64,000 nt of DNA from Blasia pusilla (lineage: Eukaryota). The notes below the pieces were generated by a model. The model saw only the letters and a list, made by a program, of their open reading frames with translations, was not told where the DNA came from and made no database searches. The stretch spans positions 34,720,001-34,784,000 of the forward strand of contig CM114271.1 in NCBI GenBank assembly GCA_050084515.1, read 5' to 3'. Position 1 is the first letter of the stretch. Each line of letters starts with the position of its first letter. The position numbers and the translations under genes are program-made. Shown here piece by piece: positions 51,396-64,000 of the stretch.

Positions 51396-54300
51396 TAGTT
51401 TTCTTAACGGGCAAGCCCTGTCAATTGTACGTATCCATACCTGGTAGCCATCCGCTAACTACAAATCCCGCGAGTGCCGTACATGTGTAGTGAAGAGAGA
51501 AATCCCGCAAGTTAAGTACGTATGTAGTGAAAGAGAATCTCCCAAGTTAAGTACGTATGCAGGTTAATTCGAAACTCGGGTGTGTAACATGGATTGTTGT
51601 AAGCCTTGGTGGATTGCGAAATCTGATTGAAGGCGTTTGAAGCAGGAATCGTTTTGTACCAGATCGGACTCGTCAACACAAAGTTCTTCGATTGGAGTGT
51701 ATGGAATTTGGATTTCAAAATCTAAAACTGAGGTGGTGAGTGTGAATGAATTTAGGATGCGTTGATTCTTGAATTTGATTGAAGGGGTGCGTTTCCCTTG
51801 GAATTCGAACGGATAAAGGCTAGAATTACGATCTCCTTCTCACAGTGCAGCTTTCGAACCCGAAGAGTGCTGATAAAGCTCAGCCTGTAGCGTGTGAACT
51901 GGCTGTCGAATATTCGGGGTTTCGATCTAGAAGAGTCGGAGGATTTGTGATCATCGCCCAGAAGAACCTATTGCAAAAATGGCCGTTAGACAAACCGTTA
52001 TGTAACCTGTTTGTATCCCGGGCAATGTTTAAACGTTTACGGCTTTGGTAGAAATGCACCGGTTATGCCTTGAGGTCCACTGCAAAGACTTACGTTTATC
52101 CTTGCGTAATTTCTGGTGCAAATGTCTTGCTAGTCTCTTGATCTCATCGAGTTTTGGAGAATCGTGTGCTTCTTTCAAAACCGTGTCTATCAATCAGGCA
52201 AATTCTTACTTGGATCTTCGTGAACTATATGCGTATGGACGAGTTGTAATAGCTAAATCTTACATTCCGAGTGCGCTGTGGACCGAAAGCTGTGCAGTAA
52301 GTCAAGACGCATCGGACGATCTGATCTCTCGTTTCTATTCGCACTCCTCTCTTGTAGTCAATTCCATCGCTTGGGGATGGCAGTTTGTCGACCAATGGTT
52401 GCGTAACCATAGACGAACTATCAGAGATCAGTCGTTGCGGATTTTGTGTTTGGGAATGTAGATCTGGATGTGAATGAATCGTGTAATCATATAATTATCA
52501 GCTGTCGATTTTCTGTAGCATCGATTCCACATGATTTGTATTGTTTCTTGGACTTTTCTATACGATCTGGACCCTCTCCCTGTATTTCTTCGTGTCGGGA
52601 TTGTGACTGACATAAGTTGTGTCATTCCTGACAGTTTGCAGATGTTTTATGAATGAATTGAAATCATTGTACCCAGGGTGACGAGTTACTAAAACTGGAC
52701 GATCATACTCCATCAGTCTAATAGTATCCGAGGTCTTGCTCATAAATTTGCGCCAACTGGACCTCCCACTTGCAGGAAGCAAATCACTACTATCGCAGCC
52801 CAGAGCGACAATGCAACATCCAAGTGCGGATTCATTTCAAAGCTGGTGGCTAAGTTGGTAAGACTTACAAGACCCGCGCGTCGTGAAAGTCCATCGAAGT
52901 TTCATCGTATGTTAAAAGCTGTTAGTAGAAGCAATGCGTGAGCGTAGTAGAACCCTGTGACCTCTGAAGCAGGAGTTATGGTCGCCTTGGAAGGAGCTCA
53001 CTTCGACTAAGGCGTGATGTTCGCAGTCTTGGACGTCTTTGAATGAATTAAACGGTAATGAGGTTGGCCAATAGTGGAGTGGTCGCTCTTGGCCCGAATA
53101 TTTGGCACTGCAGAAAAGTGTGGAAAATGTGGTCTCACGGCTGCCCTACCAGGTCCCACCCTCCGAGAATTAAATTTCGTGCTCAATTGGACACACTTCT
53201 TTGTTGATCGTTTGCTACTCCCTTCTCGATTCGCTGTCCGTGTTAATCCCAGCCTGTTCGCTCACAGCAATGAAAAACCTCGTAGGATGCTTTGGTATGT
53301 TCCAATTCTCCAATCCAATGAAGGTTCCACCAATCGATTGTCGGAATGCTTGGGATTAGTCAAAGAATTGGACAGTGGAAAGAGTTGCCAAGTTTATGCA
53401 GTTTCCGTGCCATTTCAACTTATTTTGTAATTGTATTTGGGCATAATGGATGTTTGACGCTCAGAGATTTGAGGGTTGGAATCAGTTTCTTTTAGGGATT
53501 CAGATATCCATGGACATTCTAGAACAGATTCGAATTTCAATTTGTGAAACTCCGACTTGATCTGAATCCGGCATTTCGTATTGTCATTACAACTTTGGAT
53601 GGGCATCCTTCATATTCCCCATTGGTCTTCATTTAAATTCTACACAGAGTTCGTGACCATCTCTATGATGCTGAAAGGTGTGTAGGACACTGGCAATTCT
53701 GAGTGCCGAGTGTTCCTGCACGCCAGTGAGGTTACTTTTCGATCCATTTTAGACATTCATCAGTAAGTATATGCTTGGTTCAATCAAATATCCCGTCCAT
53801 TTTTTAACTAATCTCCCTAATTGGCAAACCGTGATAGCCAGTTAAGGATAATCAATTACTTTCGAAGTTGATTGATTCTCGTAATGAGTCTAGGTATGCG
53901 TTCTTATTAGCACATTTATAGGAGTACTGCCTAGAGTTACCTCCTACAATGTCAGTGAATCTTTCAAGACCTGGTGTGATGATAACCTCACTGCCTCCTC
54001 TTCTGACCAATGATAATCTTCATGGACTCACGATGTTCGAGAGTGAGAAAAGCTGATCAAAACTCTAGGTCATTGAAGAAGCTTTAAGTAAATTCAAACT
54101 TATTGGATATAAACACGAAATACTAACTGAATGAAGAACTGGCGACACCTTGGTCAGATTCCTAACCTTAGTGGTCCTCACTCATTGTGCCATACTGTAT
54201 GATCATCCACTGAGCTCATCGACAGTTAAAGTTGAGTTTGACGTGAGTTTACAAGTTCCACATACCCTTATCCTATGAGAACCTGGTATACGTTCAGAAA

Positions 54301-56450
54301 ATTGGTTCAGCAGACTGTAAAGAAGCGCAACTGATCAGGATGCTAAGAACTTAACATATCCAGAGCCTTTGTTGTACCTTGACTGCTGCTGCTAGAGTGA
54401 CAACTATTGACTTGAGAACTGATACCTTGATCTATCTTGTCATGTGAACTTATGATGTTCGCTGCTTTTCCTAGCTGATTCACTGGGTCACCGAGATGAG
54501 TACTCATTCAACCATGCTGACAACACCAGATTCGATATTTGTCAGATACGAATCCAAATTCTGGACGAAGTTGATAACGTTGATCATAAATGCACGTTTC
54601 TTCTTGAACCTTGCTTGAATGTTCAAGATATCACCTTTTCATGCCTTCATGTTGTTTGAAAAGCATGGTATGCTGGCGAGAGTTGACTTGTCCGCAGGGA
54701 GTAGTTCACATCAATATAACTACTACAATTTAATTCTTTTGGTTGCCCATATATTTACGATTATCAATGTGCAACTATACTGCGCTTCTGTTTACCTTCT
54801 TTTGCAGAAAAATGCCACCATATCATTACCTGAGGATAATTGGATCCAGTAGGAGAGAGTATGGACACTGCTCGCTCCCCTATTTCACACCAGGGTGATC
54901 AGTGGTTGTGGTATGTTGGTGGTTTTGGCTACAGCACATTCCTCGAGTAAAGATGGAGTAATCCAATCTGGCTCTACATAAGTATCTCACCGGGTTACAT
55001 CCGATGGAAACAGAATCTATACGTGCTTTGATGAAGACTTTGAATGCTTTACACGCCCATTTTTCAAGCTAATCTTAGCTCGGTCATATGGAGCATACGA
55101 AGCCACATATCATAAAGCAATGTACCCCGGAAGTTTCCCTCCTTGGACGTTTTCGTCCAGCTCTATCGGAATAGTGGACTGTGCTACTGAGGACAGATGT
55201 GGGTTCTGTATGCTTAGTAGATCAACAAAATCTCAATGATTCAGCTGTTTACATAGATGCTCTAACGTCATCCTCACTCTTTGAGCTATGGTGGTTTCTA
55301 ATTACAGCATCTACAATACCCTGAAGCTGAAATTGTTCTGCACGTCAGCAAGTGCAGGTGGTTCATCCGCAGTTCTGTGTGGTATCTGACGAAAAGGATA
55401 TAGTATTAGACAAAATTTTGAACCGTGCTCGTCCAAGAATATATTTGCGACCCTCACTGGGCCTCTATATCGTTCTGTCAAGCATTCATTATCCCAACTC
55501 AGCAAAGGACAAAACGTTCTGGGACAAAATCGTGGTAGGTGAGTGCTGCCAATGGAGTTCACGCTAGATTTCTCCTGTAGGAGTCTTCTTTTATTAGAGA
55601 CGTTCTGGCAGAAAAGGATCTTGCTTGCACACTTCATCCACTTTTTGAGAATTCCTCTTCATAGAGTGGATCATGACTAGTGGGGAAATTCTTGGGAGAT
55701 GTAGGAGACTGATGGGACTTCATTTTGTCAAGTACACTCCTAGAGCATAGTTGGTTATATTTACACTCTTTGCTGATAGATGTGAGATTCTTATTGGCTC
55801 TTCTGTTCTTGGAGCTGGCCATGCTTCAATCGAGAGTCTCTCACTCTTGAATTGAGAAGACTCATGGAGTGTTCATTTAAATATTCACGACAGTAGGGTT
55901 GACACGGGGATGTTGGTGTCATGGATCAATCTTTTAGGACAAGGACGTTAATTGAACGAGTGCCTTGCTTGCGTAGATTTTCCAGTGTGAGCTACCTACG
56001 ACGAAGTTCCAAGGTGGGCATGGATAGTACAACTAAAAAACGAACCCAATTGGTCCGTGTGGCAGTTTCATCCACCTTCTATTAGTGGAGCTTACTTCCA
56101 TGTACATTGGTTTCACAATTTCTATATGGAGTAGCTTTTGAGTGAATCATGGTGGAGTGATAGAATTGTAAAATATACCAGAGCATGCATATGGGAGTGC
56201 ATTCTTATAATGTAATCTTTTTTATTTGAGCCCTTTCATAGCTATTGCATACTTTAACTCGGGGCATTTTCATGATTTCTCCTTGATGTAGAGCTCGAAA
56301 GCAAAAACTATGGAAAAGAAGGTGTTGATCTACTCAAGAGAGAAAAAACTGCCAAGCAAAGAATTTCTGCTGGTGGAGATGATGAAACCAGCCTAAAGGT
56401 GAGATTGAGCTTCAATCACAAAGTTTCAAATATTAAATAAAATTACAAAA
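51396..56450. other. CpG-retaining, ORF-poor ~5-kb unit, best preserved of three copies; Helitron-like terminus at the left end
   Basis: Sharp GC/CpG rise at ~51400. Minus strand reads ACAGGGC-TT-GCCCGT hairpin + ~9 nt + CTAG|T. Paralogs at 34350-40905 and 10750-11640. Candidate intron GTGAGT..TCTCACAG at 51736-51845. Confidence 0.5.
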
Positions 56451-56788
56451 TGTCTCCCTCCTCTTACATGGTACCTTCATCATGTGTTTCTCTCTCTGCA
56501 CCCATCCCGGTCTCAACTCTTGACCAAGGCGTGGGGTCTATTGTTGACACATTCTCTCTCTCTCTCGGCAACAAGCACCGTCCAACCAGGGCGCGGGGTC
56601 TATGGTCGCAAGGCTACGACATGCACTACTTAATGAGTACAGTCTCTCTATCGGCAAGGCTACGGCAGGCACTACTTAATGAGTACAGTCTCTTTGAGGA
56701 GAGAGAGAGACCATCCGAGTCTCAAGCACCGTCCAACCAAGGCGCGGGGTCTATGGTCGCAAGGCTATGACAGGCACTACTTAATGAG

Positions 56789-56828
<40 letters not shown>

Positions 56829-57871
56829 TCCTAAAGAGTTGATGGGGAAAACTTGAACCCAAAGAAGATCCGTAAGGCAGGCCAAATCTTGGAGGAAAAA
56901 GGTTCAAGAAGTTGTGCAATCAACCAAGCTCCCAGCACGGCATGAAGTGAGGTAGTAAGATGAGATAGCATTTGTGGATACCATAACCAAAGCAATGGGC
57001 AAATGCTCACAGTAGAATAACATGGAGAGGCAGAACTCAAGAACTATTCGGGGGAAACCCCTTAGCTTGCTTGGAAACCCGGCTAAAGTTCAAGTTTAGG
57101 ACGGGGCCAATCCCCTTGAACCATAAGAAAAGGAGGATGGAAATACAACTGAATTTTTTCGCCTTATGTGACGATGGGGATGAAACCTATAGTCATTACT
57201 TGGTCTCCTACGCAAAATTCACAACACAAAGAGCAAGAACTTATGCTGATATTGCTAAGTTGGTAACATCAGAATTGTTCAACATATTTAGTAGCCTTGA
57301 TTCATTGTCCAAAGTTGTTGCATTGGTAAGTAATGTCTATTGGGGATCCCAATTAGGTAAAGTAGATGGTGTGTGTGGTGAAGAGTTTCTTGGTTGAAAC
57401 TTGGAAGCTTTGTAGGAAGATGTTGTTTGGTCAACACTCACACTATATGAGAGTGTCTCCCTCGTCTCATATGGTACCTTCTTCACTTCTTCCTCTCTCT
57501 ACACCCAACCCAATCTTAAGCACCGTCCAACCAGGGTACGGGGTCTATGGTCGCAAGGCTATGACATGCACTATTTAATGAGTACAGTCTCCCTCTCTCA
57601 ATTCATTGCCCAAAGTTTTTGCACAAGTAAGTAATGTCTATTGGGGATCCCAATCAGGTATAGTAGATGATGTGTTGAAGAGTTCCTTGGTTGGCTCCGC
57701 ACGAACACGTACGTTGTGTGGTCAGCTTTCACACTATATCAGAGTGTCTCTCTCCTCTCATATGGTACCTTCTTCACTTGCTTTTCTCTCTACACCCATC
57801 CCAGTCTCAAGCACCGTCCAATCGAGGCGCGGCGTCTATGGTTGCAAGGCTACGACAGACATTACTTAATG

Positions 57872-57955
<84 letters not shown>
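56450..57955 (+). mobile_element. Stack of 5'-truncated LINE 3' ends, each ending ..CACTACTTAATGAGTAC + (CT)n
   Basis: Units at ~56450-56825, 56830-57600 and 57600-57955 all match the 3' end of the LINE at 61220-62000. Confidence 0.85.
57876..57954 (+). repeat. (CT)n microsatellite
   Basis: Pure CT run of ~79 bp. Confidence 0.98.
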
Positions 57956-62620
<4,665 letters not shown>

Positions 62621-63354
62621 AAGAGTCTGTCAAGGTTGCAAGGAATAAGAAAGAATATTTGATGAAGATTTTTTCTATCATTAGAAGAAAATTTCATGTT
62701 CTTTATTTACAATGGGGTTGAATAATTAATGATAGGATATCATTTGAAATTTTTCCCATAGTGATAAAAACTCCCAAAGTCATACAAATATTGTATGAGA
62801 AGTATTTTCATTTCTCTCATACAAGTATTTTCATTTCCTCACAGAAAGTTCTGCGTGATAGTCCTTACCCATCTATACTAATTAGAGTACTTTTTATTTA
62901 TTCTCAAATTAAAAAAATTACGCTCTTTTTAAATTGTCTTCAATATGTTCAATAGCATGTATCCACTTCATTAAAGGTAGGAACTCAATTAATTATAGTT
63001 GATAATGTTGCAAAAGGCTTTTAAGTTGGAATTTAGAAATTCCAAATGTAAATTATATACGGTCAAGTATTCATATTATGTGAAATAAAATCCTTGTGCT
63101 AATACTATTCTACACCTCTTCTATCTATAGAATTAATGTACCTTCCAAGCTCATAATTTATTCTCTAAATTTTCAAGTGTCATTGTAAATCAACTTCAAA
63201 ATATCCTATTGATTCAAAAGAGGAGAGATCTTATTGGCTAGGAGTGTCAAGAGGAGTTTAAGAAATGAAATGGCACTCTCCAATAATAATATTAATGGTG
63301 TCTTCTCATTTTTCTTATATTATTATGTCTCATCCATCTCTATCATCATGTGCA

Positions 63355-63850
63355 TGGAATGCATATCTTCTTAAGTGTCTTAGCAAAGTCTCTATCTAAT
63401 GTCATAGGGGTGCTATAAGTATTTGCACACGTGATTTAAACATGTTAGCTTGATTAATAGATAGGGAAGTTTTTTGATCAATAACTTTTTTCTACGGTCC
63501 CATTAAACATTGGTAAATATTTGTGTAATTTGCAAGGATCTTGTTGTTTCTTTGTAATATATATAGAGAGAAAAAGAACCATTTGTTTGCTGATTCTCAA
63601 AAAATATTTGTTCTAAAATACTTGTTAATGAGAGATGTTTTGTACATGCTTAGTAACAATAATTTCTAGGCTTATTATTAAATAATCAAGAAATTAAATT
63701 TCATGGGTTTATTTTATTTGAGCCACATAATAGATTCTCAAGAAGTTAGAACTGAATCTTGATGTTAAGCATCGCGATTCTGCTGATTTCGGTGAGATCT
63801 AAAGCCAAAAGAATCTTCTCTTCTATTAAAGGGATATATCCTTATGCATG
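63355..63850 (+). repeat. Segment paralogous to 25185-25700
   Basis: Colinear direct repeat. Confidence 0.85.
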
Positions 63851-64000
63851 GCATTAGTATTCTCAAATAATTATACATCAATTTATTTTGTAGCTAGAGG
63901 AGTGATGAAGGCTATGAATAGTTTTTGGCTACCATCTTTTTATTACAACTTGGACAACAAACCTAGCCTACTTATAAAGTCGGTATTAGGTTTAAATACT

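Noticed and set aside
53014-53042. U14 snoRNA-like motifs (TTCGCAGT, CTTGGACGTCT)
   Set aside because: The motifs are adjacent, far too short for U14, and the boxes are imperfect.
53988-54008. miR408-like sequence TCACTGCCTCCTCTTCTGACC
   Set aside because: Several mismatches to miR408 and no star arm or hairpin.
54300-54960. Endogenous virus/mitovirus or selenoprotein frame (several TGA stops on the minus strand)
   Set aside because: TAA/TAG also interrupt the frame, and no RdRp or other motifs were found in the part translated.

Overview
Repeat-rich, heterochromatin-like land-plant nuclear DNA. A seed-free plant such as a bryophyte is my guess from the TE types; this is inference only. The one clearly intact host gene is an intronless GT29 (sialyltransferase-like/GALT29A-type) glycosyltransferase at 46705-47967. 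The rest is mostly decayed TEs: three pieces of one Ty1/Copia family, a (CT)n-associated APE-RT LINE family with stacked 3' ends, a Gypsy LTR+gag, hAT MITEs and a CACTA derivative. There is also a ~5 kb non-coding unit present in three copies and a reconstructable 5.1 kb inversion (7170-12313). The standout is a ~9 kb element (~13760-22610) with two divergent degenerate genes. One encodes a GCM-like Zn-finger/Mutator-like transposase (- strand). The other is a spliced gene with a ParB/Srx-like domain (DGNHR) and a C-terminal amino-(N6A/N4C) DNA methyltransferase-like domain (+ strand). About 30 copies of a 29-bp palindrome, TGCAACCCGTCGGA-N-TCCGACGGGTTGCA, lie only in the introns and 3' flanks of these genes, which suggests a ParB/parS-like cis-trans module inside a eukaryotic transposon. 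All translations and comparisons were done by eye, and boundaries of degenerate elements are approximate.
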